The notes under the pieces: model-generated
The model's input: the letters and a program-made list of their open reading frames with translations, nothing else
What the model was told of the DNA's origin: nothing
The model's database searches: none
Part shown: piece after piece, positions 52,864 through 62,962 of the stretch
Numbering within the stretch: the stretch's first letter is position 1
Layout of the letters: every line of letters begins with the position of its first letter
Assembly (NCBI GenBank): GCA_044450385.1
Contig: JBIOIZ010000004.1
Coordinates: 18,334 to 82,333, forward strand
Length of the DNA stretch: 64,000 nucleotides
Reading direction: 5' to 3'
From: Candidatus Dormibacteria bacterium
GTDB taxonomy: Bacteria; Chloroflexota; Dormibacteria; Aeolococcales; Aeolococcaceae
Made by a program: the position numbers and the translations under genes

Positions 52864-54159
52864 TCATAACCTTTCGCTGTCACGGACACCTTCGCGACGG
52901 TATGCCCACACGGCTGGAAACGCAATCGCCGCCGTGGCGAGACCGATCAGTGAGAGCACGCCGCCCGACACCACTGATACTTCTGCGCCGAAGGCACTGG
53001 CCACCGCGCCAGCCTCGATGTCGCCCACGTAAGGACCGCCCACCACCACCATGTATGACACTGAGCTAACCCGCCCTCGGAGAGCATCGGGAGTTACGGT
53101 TTGCAGGATCGTTGTACGGCAGACCTCACTCACGATATCCGCGGCGCCCGCGATCAACAGCATGAGCAGACCAAGCCAAAGGGCTCGAGCAAACCCGAGC
53201 ACAATGATCGCAATGCCCCACGTGGCAAAGGACACGATGATGATGCGACCCAAGCGACTCGATCTGGAAAGCCAACCTGTGGTCAACGCTGCAACCACCG
53301 CACCAGCGCCGGGGGCTGCGTAGAGCAAGCCGAGCCCCACAGCGCCGGAGTGAAACGTCGTCACGGCAAGCGCTGGGAAGACGGCACGTGGCAACCCGAA
53401 AACCATGGCCGCCAGATCCATACCAAACCCGCCAAGGATCACTGGTTGATGCCGCACGAAGGCAAATCCGCGGCCAAGCGCCGCGATCGGACCTTCGTGA
53501 CGTGCGCCCTCCGCCCGCTGCGCCGGGAGAGTCATTATCACCACGACCGCGGCCGCGAACCCTGCAACGTCCAAGCCATACGCCTCGGGTAGTCCGAGGC
53601 CCGCGATCAACAGACCACCGACCGCCGGTCCGGCGACGGTCGCGGTCTGAAAGAACGCGATATTCACGGAGAGAGCCCCCGGCAGGCGAGCTGCGGAAAC
53701 GAGCCCAGGGATCATGGCCTGCCTCGTCGGCGAGTCCACCGCACTCACGAACGCTGCAACCGCCACGATGGCGTACAAAATCACCAGGGACGGGTGTCCC
53801 AAGATGGCCCCCACCGTGAGCATCCCCGAGCAGGCCGCGAGGGACAGCTGGGTGCCGAGCAGGATGCGGCGTCGATCGAACCGGTCGCTGACAGGGCCGG
53901 CCACAAGCGAACCCGTGATCAGCGGTCCGACTTGTGCCAAGCCCAGCCCCCCGACGGCAAGAGACGAATGGGTGAGGGAATACACTTGGAAGGGCACGGC
54001 GACCACGGTGACCTGCCGGCCGACCAACGAGATGAGTTGCCCCATGCACAGGCGACGAAATGCCGAGGACTCGCGAAGCGCGCTGGTGTCGAGCGCCAGA
54101 CGAGCCAAGAATCGGCGGCCGGTCATCGCCCGAGCCGACCCGCGAGAACGATGGCGCAT
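52864..54159 (-). CDS. MFS transporter (EntS/MFS_3-like)
   Basis: ...FRRLCMGQLISLVGRQVTVVAVPFQVYSLT...; 12 TM-like segments. An alternative start is at 54126. Confidence 0.88.
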   Translation of the reverse strand: MRHRSRGSARAMTGRRFLARLALDTSALRESSAFRRLCMGQLISLVGRQVTVVAVPFQVYSLTHSSLAVGGLGLAQVGPLITGSLVAGPVSDRFDRRRILLGTQLSLAACSGMLTVGAILGHPSLVILYAIVAVAAFVSAVDSPTRQAMIPGLVSAARLPGALSVNIAFFQTATVAGPAVGGLLIAGLGLPEAYGLDVAGFAAAVVVIMTLPAQRAEGARHEGPIAALGRGFAFVRHQPVILGGFGMDLAAMVFGLPRAVFPALAVTTFHSGAVGLGLLYAAPGAGAVVAALTTGWLSRSSRLGRIIIVSFATWGIAIIVLGFARALWLGLLMLLIAGAADIVSEVCRTTILQTVTPDALRGRVSSVSYMVVVGGPYVGDIEAGAVASAFGAEVSVVSGGVLSLIGLATAAIAFPAVWAYRREGVRDSERL

Positions 54160-54454
54160 GTACTTGGATGGACTATTGCCGGCACCCTCTTTTCGCGTGC
54201 CTCCCTACCGGTGATCCCACGCGCAAGGCAGTCATCATTTGATAGCTGCTACAAGTAACGATCAGAGTAGCAAAGGCGGGCCATTCCATCCATGCGCGCA
54301 TTCGTCAGTCGTCAACGCTGAATCTCCGTGGTGGCTCCGAGTCACATAAGCCCACCATCACTGGCATCCAAAAGGCTCAGGGGCGGCGCTGCGTGCTGCT
54401 CGAATGCTGGTCAGGATCTCCGACTGCCGTCGCTTGACGAGATCGACGAGGCCA

Positions 54455-55342
54455 TCACGCCCCGCCCACAAAGGGCGTGCGCCGGCGGAAGTCGTCAGCG
54501 ATCTCCTGCATCGTCACCCAGCTGATTCCGTCGTGGCCACTTATGTAGTCGATGAGTGCCTCGAGCATCATCAGCACCTGGGGCCGCCCACTCACATCCG
54601 GGTGGATGGTGATCGGGAACACGGCATAGTCCATCTCGCGGTAGACCCAATCGAACTCGTCCTTCCACCATTCCAGCAGGTGACGGGGGCTGGTGAACCC
54701 GTAGCTGTTCGGCGAGCCCTTGACGAACATCATCGGCGGCAGGTCGTCCAGGTACCAGTTGGCCGCAACCTCCACGAGATCGATCTCCCGACCTCGTACC
54801 AGGGGCTTCATCCAGTCCGACGCCGGACGCGCGTAGTCGACCTTCGTCCAGGTGTCGCCGACCCTCGCGTAGAACGGAAGGAAATCGTTGTATGCCTGGC
54901 TGTTGTCGTAGGTGAAGCCGTACTTGAGCAGGAGCTCGGCCGTGACGTTCGACATCTCCCACCATGGAGCCACGTAGCCGCGGGGCGGCGCTCCGGAAAG
55001 GTCTTCAATCAAAGCCACACAGCGCTTCAGAACGTCCTCTTCTTGCTGTGGCGTCATGCTGATCGGGTTCTCATGCGAGTACCCGTGCGCTCCGATTTCG
55101 TGCCCGGCCCGGTGGACCATCCTGCACTCGTTGGGAAACGTCTCGATGGAGTGGCCGGGTATGTACCAGCTCGTCTTCAATCCGTACCGGGCGAAGAGGT
55201 TCAAGAGACGCGGGATCCCCACCTCACCTGCGAACATGCCCCGCTGGATGTCGGAGGGCGAATCCTCACCGCCGTAGGATCCCAACCAACCGGCAACGGC
55301 ATCCACGTGCACACCGAAGGCGCACTTGATATCTTTGGTCAT
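54455..55342 (-). CDS. Polysaccharide-deacetylase-family hydrolase (PuuE-allantoinase-like)
   Basis: ...[14 protein letters not shown]...[12 protein letters not shown]... matches the NodB-homology metal-site pattern; 295 aa with no signal peptide. Confidence 0.82.
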   Translation of the reverse strand: MTKDIKCAFGVHVDAVAGWLGSYGGEDSPSDIQRGMFAGEVGIPRLLNLFARYGLKTSWYIPGHSIETFPNECRMVHRAGHEIGAHGYSHENPISMTPQQEEDVLKRCVALIEDLSGAPPRGYVAPWWEMSNVTAELLLKYGFTYDNSQAYNDFLPFYARVGDTWTKVDYARPASDWMKPLVRGREIDLVEVAANWYLDDLPPMMFVKGSPNSYGFTSPRHLLEWWKDEFDWVYREMDYAVFPITIHPDVSGRPQVLMMLEALIDYISGHDGISWVTMQEIADDFRRRTPFVGGA

Positions 55343-55782
55343 AGCACCTGTCCCACACGATCAACAGCGCGACTGAGTGCGGCCTCGTCTTCCGCTGACC
55401 AGTGCCTCGGCCTGCCCACCTGGTGAACCGATATCCAGCCAACCAGCCGATCCGCTTGCACGATGGGCCCCAGCATCTGTGCCTTCACGCCCCACGTGTC
55501 GGTGAGAACGGCAGGAACCTTGAGCTCGGTGGACGACAGGTCGTCTTGAACCAGGATGCGCTTGTGGCGTTCGAGCCACTGCACTGTGGAAAGGCTCCAC
55601 TGATCCAGATCCGTGTCGGACGCAACGGATGACACGCCACTCGCGACCGCCTCGGCCGCGGGTGCGTTCACGGCCAACCTGCGTTCCGGGAGGTCCAGCC
55701 GCAATGTGCAGCGGCTGGCACCCACGTCAGAGATCAGCTCCCCGAGTATCTCGTGCAGAACTGCATCTGCAGACTCTCTCAT
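55339..55782 (-). CDS. Stand-alone GAF-domain protein
   Basis: 147 aa. ...CTLRLD...[18 protein letters not shown]...[11 protein letters not shown] is a GAF pattern. 4-nt overlap with the downstream deacetylase gene. Confidence 0.75.
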   Translation of the reverse strand: MRESADAVLHEILGELISDVGASRCTLRLDLPERRLAVNAPAAEAVASGVSSVASDTDLDQWSLSTVQWLERHKRILVQDDLSSTELKVPAVLTDTWGVKAQMLGPIVQADRLVGWISVHQVGRPRHWSAEDEAALSRAVDRVGQVL

Positions 55783-55871
55783 TGCCAGTTCTCGTATTAC
55801 AACCGATCGACCGGCGTACTGTAACAGATATCACACAGCACAATCGGTCCAACAGAACCGGCGCCGGCCAT

Positions 55872-56897
55872 CTACATCGCCACCTCGGAGACCTGGAGCA
55901 ATGGGGGACCAAGGTCCGCAGGAACGCCGCTCCCAAGTGACCTCATGGGACGGTCGGGCTCGTGCAGCCAGCAGGCCACCTTCCTTTTAGGAGCCACCTC
56001 CCGCAGGGGAGGAGTCTCCATCGAACACTTCTGTCGCGCATAGGGACAGCGAGGGTGGAAGCGGCATCCGCTTGGCGGGTTGGCCGGGTCGCCAATCTCC
56101 CCAACAGGAGCTTTCGGTAGGACTCCCTTGCCGTCAGGCTTCGGGATGGCCGCGATGAGCGCCTCCGTATACGGGTGGAGAGGCGCGTTCCAAACTTCCG
56201 ACGTTGGACCTGATTCGAGCACTTGCCCCAGGTACATCACGCTCAGGTCGTCAGCCACGTGGCGGACGATTGCGAGGTCGTGCGATATCAGGAGGAGACC
56301 AACGTCGAGCCGATCGATGAGCATGCGCAGTGTGTTGGCGAGCTGCGCCTGGGCCGACGCATCGAGCGAGGCCAATGGCTCGTCCAACACGATGATCGAC
56401 GGTGAGACGGCCAGCGCTCGCGCGATCGCGATCCGCTGCCGCTGCCCTCCGCTGAACTGGTGGGGGTATCGCTCCGCGGCCCTCTCCGGCAGGCCGAGCT
56501 GCTCGAAGAGCTCCTGGACACGGCGCTGACGGGCGGCGTCGTTTCGGCTCATCCCGGATGCCCTGATCCCGTCCAGGATCTGGCTCCCGACGCGCCTACG
56601 CGGGTTCAACGACTCGAACGGGTTCTGGAAGACCATCTGAAGCGCGATCTGGGACTTCGGCCTTGCCCAGGCCCCCAGAACCTGTACCGGCTCGCCGTTG
56701 AACATGACGCTGCCAGCGGTCGGCTTGTAGATCCCCACCGCCGCCCTGCCCAGAGACGACTTCCCACTGCCCGATTCGCCCACCAATCCCATCAGACGGC
56801 CGGGGTCCACCCGAAGGTTCACGTTGACAACGGCCGGCACAGGCTGCCGGCCGGCCCGGTGAAACACCACGCTCAGGTCGACGATTTCGAGGCTCAT
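55872..56897 (-). CDS. Peptide/nickel-type ABC transporter ATP-binding protein (OppF/DppF-like)
   Basis: GESGSGKSS Walker A, LSGGQRQR, C-terminal oligopeptide-transporter extension. ATG 56897 overlaps the upstream stop. Confidence 0.9.
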   Translation of the reverse strand: MSLEIVDLSVVFHRAGRQPVPAVVNVNLRVDPGRLMGLVGESGSGKSSLGRAAVGIYKPTAGSVMFNGEPVQVLGAWARPKSQIALQMVFQNPFESLNPRRRVGSQILDGIRASGMSRNDAARQRRVQELFEQLGLPERAAERYPHQFSGGQRQRIAIARALAVSPSIIVLDEPLASLDASAQAQLANTLRMLIDRLDVGLLLISHDLAIVRHVADDLSVMYLGQVLESGPTSEVWNAPLHPYTEALIAAIPKPDGKGVLPKAPVGEIGDPANPPSGCRFHPRCPYARQKCSMETPPLREVAPKRKVACWLHEPDRPMRSLGSGVPADLGPPLLQVSEVAM

Positions 56898-57889
56898 GTG
56901 GACGCCAGTGGATCGACCAGGCATGCGTGTTGCTGACTGGATCCGACCGCAACCAGGTCCGGTACGACCTCGGAGCACTCCGACCTCCGATATTGGCAGC
57001 GTGGATGGAACGCGCATCCTTGGGGCCACCTGTGCGGCGGACCAAGGTTCCCCGGTATCGGGGAGAGCACCTGGTCGGAGCGATCGGGTCGGGGCAACGC
57101 AGCCAGCAACGCATGGGTGTACGGATGCCGTGGAGAGGTGAGAACGATCGAGGTCGGGCCCGATTCGACGATGCGGCCCGCATACATCACCGAGACGGTG
57201 TCCGCAAGCCCGGACAACACGCCGAGGTCGTGCGTGATCAGGACGATGCCGAGGCCGTGCGCCTCTCCCAGTTCCCGCAGGAGATGGAGGATTCCAGCTT
57301 GGACGGTCACATCGAGGCCGGTGGTGGGCTCGTCGGCGATCAGGATCCGGGGGTCACACGCCAGCGCGATGGCGATTGAGATCCGCTGACACATGCCTCC
57401 GCTGAACTCGTGGGGATAGGCGTTGAGCGATCCGACGGGATCGGGGATCCGCACCTGATGCAAGAGGTCGGCGGCGCGTCTGCGAGCCTCCCGCTCGCCG
57501 ATGTGCAGGTGGTGCCTTAGATGATCGGTGAGCTGCGCGCCCACGGAGAGCATGGGGTGGAGGGAGGAACGGGGATCCTGCATGACGAGCGCGATGTCCT
57601 TGCCGCGAACTCCGTTCAACTCCTGTCTCGGCACGCTGAGGAGATCGCGCCCTCCAAACCAAGCCGCACCACTGGCCTGCGCTCCCAGAGGCAAGAGTCC
57701 CAGCACGGCCATCATGGATATGGTCTTGCCGCTTCCGCTCTCCCCCGCCACTCCCGTGACGCGGCCCGGAAAGACATCCAGGTGGAGCCCGTCGACCACA
57801 CGAAGTGGGCGCCTGCGGCCTCTCACCACAACCTTAAGGTCCTCGACCCTCAGGATCGGGGCCGCTTGTCCTGCTGAAGCTGCCGTCAT
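56894..57889 (-). CDS. Peptide/nickel-type ABC transporter ATP-binding protein (OppD/DppD-like)
   Basis: GESGSGKT Walker A, FSGGMCQR signature. Confidence 0.9.
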   Translation of the reverse strand: MTAASAGQAAPILRVEDLKVVVRGRRRPLRVVDGLHLDVFPGRVTGVAGESGSGKTISMMAVLGLLPLGAQASGAAWFGGRDLLSVPRQELNGVRGKDIALVMQDPRSSLHPMLSVGAQLTDHLRHHLHIGEREARRRAADLLHQVRIPDPVGSLNAYPHEFSGGMCQRISIAIALACDPRILIADEPTTGLDVTVQAGILHLLRELGEAHGLGIVLITHDLGVLSGLADTVSVMYAGRIVESGPTSIVLTSPRHPYTHALLAALPRPDRSDQVLSPIPGNLGPPHRWPQGCAFHPRCQYRRSECSEVVPDLVAVGSSQQHACLVDPLAST

Positions 57890-58842
57890 GCTGTCGACAT
57901 CCTTGGGTCAAGCAAGTCGCGGACGCGGTCGCCGGCGATGTTGAGACAAAAGACCACCGACATGATGCAAAGGCCCGGGAAGAGGGCCAGCCACCAGTGG
58001 TCGTAGTACTGCTGGGCGTCGGAGATCATCAGACCCCATTCAGGAGCGGGGGGCTGCGCTCCCAGCCCAAGGAACGACAGCCCAACCAGGACCAGCATGG
58101 CCTCACCCAGGCCGAGCGTCGCATAGACAACGGTCGGACCCACCACGTTTGGCAGGACGTCGACCGCCATGGCCCGCAACGACGACGGCCCCAGGAGGCG
58201 GGCGGCCAGCACAAAGTCCGAGTGCATGGCTCCGATGACGAGGCTCCTCACCACACGTGCATAAGCGGGCCAGCTCACGACGACGACCGCCACGACCGCA
58301 TTGCCGATGCTGGGACCCAGGGCGGCCGCAATGGCCATCGCCAGGATGATGGACGGGAATGCGAACACGAGGTCGACAACCCGCATCAAGATCTCATCCA
58401 CCCAACCCCCGAAGTACCCGGCGATGACGCCGACCACCGACCCGATGAGCACGGCGAGAGCCACCACCAAGAGGCTGTATGGAATCGTGATCTGTGCGCC
58501 CCACAGTATGCGGCTGAAGACGTCCCTTCCCAGTTCGTCAGTGCCGAAGAAGTGGGCGGCACTGGGACCGGCGAGCGCGTTCGTTGTCTCCGCTACGGGA
58601 CTATACGGCGCGATGACAGGCCCAAGAACCGTTACCACCAGCCAGCCGGCAGCGATCGTGTAGGCGACCACCTCCAAGCCGGGCAGCGCCTTGAAGGAGC
58701 GCCACCACCTGCTGATGGGTTTTGGAAGCACGCCCCTCGACGCGTGCCGATGTCCGTGTCTGGGAAACTCCGTGAGAATGTCCAGCCGGTCGGACCCGCC
58801 GGGGACGTCGGTCGCCGCCGAGGGGGAGCTGCGCCGGCTCAT
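57886..58842 (-). CDS. Peptide/nickel-type ABC transporter permease (DppC-like)
   Basis: BPD-transporter pattern with ...LGTDELGRDVFSRILWGA...; 4-nt overlaps on both sides. Confidence 0.9.
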   Translation of the reverse strand: MSRRSSPSAATDVPGGSDRLDILTEFPRHGHRHASRGVLPKPISRWWRSFKALPGLEVVAYTIAAGWLVVTVLGPVIAPYSPVAETTNALAGPSAAHFFGTDELGRDVFSRILWGAQITIPYSLLVVALAVLIGSVVGVIAGYFGGWVDEILMRVVDLVFAFPSIILAMAIAAALGPSIGNAVVAVVVVSWPAYARVVRSLVIGAMHSDFVLAARLLGPSSLRAMAVDVLPNVVGPTVVYATLGLGEAMLVLVGLSFLGLGAQPPAPEWGLMISDAQQYYDHWWLALFPGLCIMSVVFCLNIAGDRVRDLLDPRMSTA

Positions 58843-59954
58843 TCCGCCAGCCGCACTCTCGGGTCGATCACGGCGTAGAGCACGTCAACCAAGAAGTTGG
58901 TGACGAGGTAGATCCCTGCCACGAGGATCGAGACACCGGTGATGGCGGCTATGTCCAGGTTGATCGCGACTGTCTCGGCATACCGGCCGACCCCGGGGAA
59001 CGCGAAGACCACCTCAACCAGCACATCCCCTGACATCAACATGGCGAACTCGATACCGGACAGGGTCAGGATCGGCGTTAGGGCGGCTCGGAAGGCGTAG
59101 CGCACGAGCACGCTTCTTCCTGGCAGGCCCTTGGCCCGCGCCGCGGTGACATAGTCGTTCTCGAGCACCTCGAGGACGGCCGCCCGCGTGAAGCGCTGGA
59201 GCACGCCGAAGAGAGCCAGAGAGAGCACCGCCGCCGGCAGGATCAGATGGCCCAGCGCGTCAAGGAAGGTGCCGACATCGCCCGCCAGAAGAGCGTCGAG
59301 TGTGTACATCCCCGTGATGTGAGGCGGGGGAAGGATGCCGGGATCGAGCCGCCCGCTTGACGGAGCGATGTGGAGAACAAACGAGAATAGGAAGATACCG
59401 ATGAGACCCACCCAGAAGGAAGGCGCCGCCATTCCGGCCAGGGAGATCACCTTGAGTGCCGAATCAAGGAACGTTCTTCTCCGGACAGCCGCGAGCAGGC
59501 CGAGCGGCACTCCGACCACTGTCGACAGAATAACCGCGACGAAGCCCAACTCCACGGAAGCGGGGAGGGTCTCCCCTAGGTCTTTCGTAACCGGCTGCCC
59601 CGTGGTCTGCGATGTCCCGAGGTTGCCATGGATCAGGTCTTCCACATAGATCACGTATTGGACGGGCAGTGGCTTGTCGAGGCCGTATCGCTGCATATAC
59701 GCTTTGCGAATCGCAGGATTCGCCGCCGCTCTTGGCCCTAGATTGGCCCGCACGGGGTCGCTCGGCACCGAATGCGTGAGGACGAACGCCACCAGGGTGA
59801 TTCCGAAAGCCAGCACGACCATCGCCCCCAGGCGCCGCACGGTCAGCCGCAAGACGCCGTGGCGCCGCCAAAAGCCGACCAACCATTTCCAGAACCTGAG
59901 GGGCCACTGGTCGCTTTTGGGCCTGTCCGAGAGCGCAGCGCCGTTTGCGCTCAC
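58839..59954 (-). CDS. Peptide/nickel-type ABC transporter permease (DppB-like)
   Basis: ...VRRLGAMVVLAFGITLVAFVLTHSVPSDPVRANLG...; the true start may lie downstream of 59954. Confidence 0.88.
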   Translation of the reverse strand: MSANGAALSDRPKSDQWPLRFWKWLVGFWRRHGVLRLTVRRLGAMVVLAFGITLVAFVLTHSVPSDPVRANLGPRAAANPAIRKAYMQRYGLDKPLPVQYVIYVEDLIHGNLGTSQTTGQPVTKDLGETLPASVELGFVAVILSTVVGVPLGLLAAVRRRTFLDSALKVISLAGMAAPSFWVGLIGIFLFSFVLHIAPSSGRLDPGILPPPHITGMYTLDALLAGDVGTFLDALGHLILPAAVLSLALFGVLQRFTRAAVLEVLENDYVTAARAKGLPGRSVLVRYAFRAALTPILTLSGIEFAMLMSGDVLVEVVFAFPGVGRYAETVAINLDIAAITGVSILVAGIYLVTNFLVDVLYAVIDPRVRLAE

Positions 59955-60075
59955 CTGCGCTCACTGTCCTCCACCAAGGCCAGGCGGATGGCCTGGCAGA
60001 GCTTGGACCGCGCCACGCCGAGGGCCACGGGTCCAAGAGACCCCGCCACGAGATCACCGGCCGCTGTGGGCTCCC

Positions 60076-61677
60076 TCACGTGACCTGACCGAGGTACACG
60101 GTGGTGAAGGGATTCGCGGTTGCGTGTACTGACTTTGCAGTGACCAGGGTCTTCGCCGGCTCCAGGATGAAGTCGAAGTACGCGGCCGAATTCATCGCTT
60201 GCTCCAGAGCTTGATAGCCGGTGTCGCGGCTCGCGGCCGTGATCGCGGCCGAGGCCGTGTTGGTGAGCTGGTCGACGTTCGGATCAAGGCCTGGCACCCA
60301 GTTGTCCACCGTGGTGTCGCTGTTGGGGACAACACCGTTGATGGGCATGAACGCGTTGGGATCAGGAAAGTCGCCGTTGTTGTAGCCGATGCGGGCCTGA
60401 ACCTTCCCGGTCGTGAAGTTACCTCCCCAAACGGTTTGCGGCTCGCCTTGCAGCGTAACGGTGATGCCGACCTTCGCGAGGTCGCTTTCGATCTTCACGG
60501 CGAATGGCTCCAGTGAGAGGCCGTCGAGGCTTACGTCCGTCGGGTACGCGAGAGTGAAGCCTGGATTTGCCACTCCCGACTGTTGAAGGTCGCTCCTAGC
60601 CAACGCGAGATCCTGATGTACGGCTGCGGACTCCGGCAGCGCACCGAGAATGCCGTTGGGCAGAAAGCCGGTATTCTGAACGGCTCCCCTTCCGGCCAGG
60701 GCGACCAGTCCGCGGTAATCGAGCCCGTATCGCACCGCGTCGCGGAACTTCTGGTTGTCACCCCCGCGGAGAACGGAACCCTTTGCGTTCAGCATGATGT
60801 ACAGCTGGTCGGGCGACGCGATGGAGTCCACATTGACGGACGAAGCATTCATGGTGGCTGCGTCCGTCGCCGGAATGTCCAACGCGAGCTGGGCCTGCCC
60901 GTCCTGGATGTCGAGCCGCTGGGTAGCTGTCGGGGCGTCGCGCACCACGATCTCGGCAAACGTCGGTCGTAAGCCCCAGTACCGTGGGTTTCTCGTGAGC
61001 ACTATTTGGCTCGTGCGATCCACGTTGGTCACCGTGTACGGCCCGCTTCCGGCCGAACCGGAATTGAGGAACGTATCCAGCGCTGGAGGGTCAGCGCTGG
61101 TCGTGGCTCCGTGTTGCTCGAGCAGGGCCGAGTCGAGGATGTCAGCGTTAACGATCGTCAGTTCTACAGCAACCGACGGATTGGCAACTTGGGAAGTCAC
61201 GACCACCGTGTAGGGGTCGGGCGCCGAGAAGGCGAGGTCATTGCCCCCAGGGTCCTGCGCCACGTAGTTCTGACCGGACTTCTGTCCCACCTTCTCGAGT
61301 CGTGTGAGAGACCAGACGACGTCGGCCGAAGTGAGCGGGTTTCCACTCGCGAACTTGACCCCGTGGCGCAGACGGAACGTGGTTGTCTTCGCATCGGCGG
61401 AGACCGTCCACGACGTCGCGAGCGATGGATACGCCTTCGTGAGATCGTGTGGGTTGACAATCGTCAGCGTGTCATACGCGGCATGGTCGACCAGGGAAGA
61501 CGTGGAATAGACCGCCAGCGCGGGGTCCAGGTCGTCGTAGTTGAACTGCTGATCGACCACGAGAATCCCGCTCGGACTTGCGCTCCCACCACCGGGCGAA
61601 CTGCCACACGCCGTTGCAAAGCCGACCACCAGTACGGTTATGGCGGAGGTCGCCACCTTCCAGAGTTGTCGAGGCAT
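60076..61677 (-). CDS. ABC transporter substrate-binding lipoprotein, family 5 (peptide/nickel/opine type)
   Basis: Lipobox GFATAC/GSS. ATG 61677 is preceded by GAAGGAGGA; ORF track starts at 61713. Confidence 0.9.
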   Translation of the reverse strand: MPRQLWKVATSAITVLVVGFATACGSSPGGGSASPSGILVVDQQFNYDDLDPALAVYSTSSLVDHAAYDTLTIVNPHDLTKAYPSLATSWTVSADAKTTTFRLRHGVKFASGNPLTSADVVWSLTRLEKVGQKSGQNYVAQDPGGNDLAFSAPDPYTVVVTSQVANPSVAVELTIVNADILDSALLEQHGATTSADPPALDTFLNSGSAGSGPYTVTNVDRTSQIVLTRNPRYWGLRPTFAEIVVRDAPTATQRLDIQDGQAQLALDIPATDAATMNASSVNVDSIASPDQLYIMLNAKGSVLRGGDNQKFRDAVRYGLDYRGLVALAGRGAVQNTGFLPNGILGALPESAAVHQDLALARSDLQQSGVANPGFTLAYPTDVSLDGLSLEPFAVKIESDLAKVGITVTLQGEPQTVWGGNFTTGKVQARIGYNNGDFPDPNAFMPINGVVPNSDTTVDNWVPGLDPNVDQLTNTASAAITAASRDTGYQALEQAMNSAAYFDFILEPAKTLVTAKSVHATANPFTTVYLGQVT

Positions 61678-61720
61678 GTCCTCCGATCCTCCTTCTGCGC
61701 TTTGGGTGCGCACTGCCCCG

Positions 61721-62710
61721 TCACGAGTCCGCAGGTAGCGCCACGGACAGCAAGGCCGGCCTATCGTCCTCTATAGCCGGCGTGTAGAGACGTCTGTGGG
61801 TGCGGTCGAAAGCCACCCAGCCAGCGGCAGGTGTTGTGGGGATGTTGGTCCGGAAGGTTACGGGGTCGCCGCCGAAGACGCCGATGACGGGTCCGTGAGG
61901 GAACCCGGAAGCGGCGAAGAAGAATCGATCGACGACCGGGTCATACGTGACCCCGTCTCCGCAGCCACACTCTGCGAACCGGGCGAGAGGCCGATGAGTC
62001 CCCAGATCCCAAAGCAGCGTGTGGGGATCGTCATCGTTGTCGCTGCCAAGCAACGCCTGATTCGTGTTGGGGTTGATGGCCAGCCCGTTGGCATTGCAGT
62101 TGTCCCCGATCTCGAACGTGTTCAACAGCCGATCTGAGGATGGATCTATCTGGTGGATGACGTCGTCAGAGTTGCTGACCAGGTAGACCTTCTCGTCGAC
62201 CGGGTTGAACCGGGGCTGCTCGAGCGCCCTACCCAACCCATCTATCCGAGCGGTAATGACGTGCTTCACGGCGTCGAAGGCCGTAAGAAACCCTTCGTTG
62301 CGGTTTGCGTAGTAGACCTTGCGGTGCACGGGGTCATAGTCGATGAGGTCTGCTTGCACGTGCCCACCGTTGTCGGCGGTAGCGATCACGCTGTTCTTGG
62401 TCGAGGAGTCCTGGTCGAGGTCGATCACCGAGATCATCCCTGTGCCATGCGCCACGAACAACTTCCTGAGATCATCGGCCACACAGACGCCGTAGTACGG
62501 CCCTCGCATGGGCTTGGAGCGAATGGTTTGGATGTATGAGGGGGTGGGCGACGAGATGTCGAAGACGTCCACCCCACCGCTCCACGTGTCCCCCATGTAG
62601 AGCCGGTGATAGCGGTGATCGATCTCGACCGTGTCGCTGAACTTGAGCTTACGAGCGTCCGAGGGAACGGCGAACACGGAAGCGGACTCAGTACTTGCCC
62701 CAGATGCCAT
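61721..62710 (-). CDS. Beta-propeller repeat protein (YncE/YVTN-like), no signal peptide
   Basis: Recurrent ...YV.N..S..V.V.D... blade-like segments. GGAGGA Shine-Dalgarno sequence upstream. Confidence 0.65.
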   Translation of the reverse strand: MASGASTESASVFAVPSDARKLKFSDTVEIDHRYHRLYMGDTWSGGVDVFDISSPTPSYIQTIRSKPMRGPYYGVCVADDLRKLFVAHGTGMISVIDLDQDSSTKNSVIATADNGGHVQADLIDYDPVHRKVYYANRNEGFLTAFDAVKHVITARIDGLGRALEQPRFNPVDEKVYLVSNSDDVIHQIDPSSDRLLNTFEIGDNCNANGLAINPNTNQALLGSDNDDDPHTLLWDLGTHRPLARFAECGCGDGVTYDPVVDRFFFAASGFPHGPVIGVFGGDPVTFRTNIPTTPAAGWVAFDRTHRRLYTPAIEDDRPALLSVALPADS

Positions 62711-62721
62711 GGCGGATCCTC

Positions 62722-62760
62722 CGTACGGGTCTTTCGTATGGGTCTCTCGTATGGGTCCTG
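62722..62760 (-). repeat. Three tandem 13-bp direct repeats (minus strand CAGGACCCATACG / AGAGACCCATACG / AAAGACCCGTACG) in the leader of the beta-propeller gene
   Basis: Read directly. Lies between a TATACT -10-like hexamer (about 62781..62776) and the Shine-Dalgarno sequence. Confidence 0.7.
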
Positions 62761-62962
62761 TTGGACGTGGCGAGGAGTATAGCAGCCCACGTTACATGTG
62801 ATACATTGAACTTTCGTTCGCAAGCACCCTCGTCACGAGCCACGCTGTCGGCGAGGTCCAGGTCGACCGGTTCGACGAGGACGCCAGTGCGGAGGAAGCG
62901 GACCTTGTCGCCGGCGTCCAGGACGCCCTGGCCGAGGGCAATGGGCTACCGGACGCGAGGAC

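Noticed and set aside
62761-62962. Possible small gene between the hydantoinase and the beta-propeller (minus-strand reading ...GVLDAGDKVRFLRTGVLVEPVDLDLADSV...)
   Set aside because: There is no start codon or Shine-Dalgarno sequence and no family I can name. It may be a decayed fragment, but the evidence is insufficient to annotate it.
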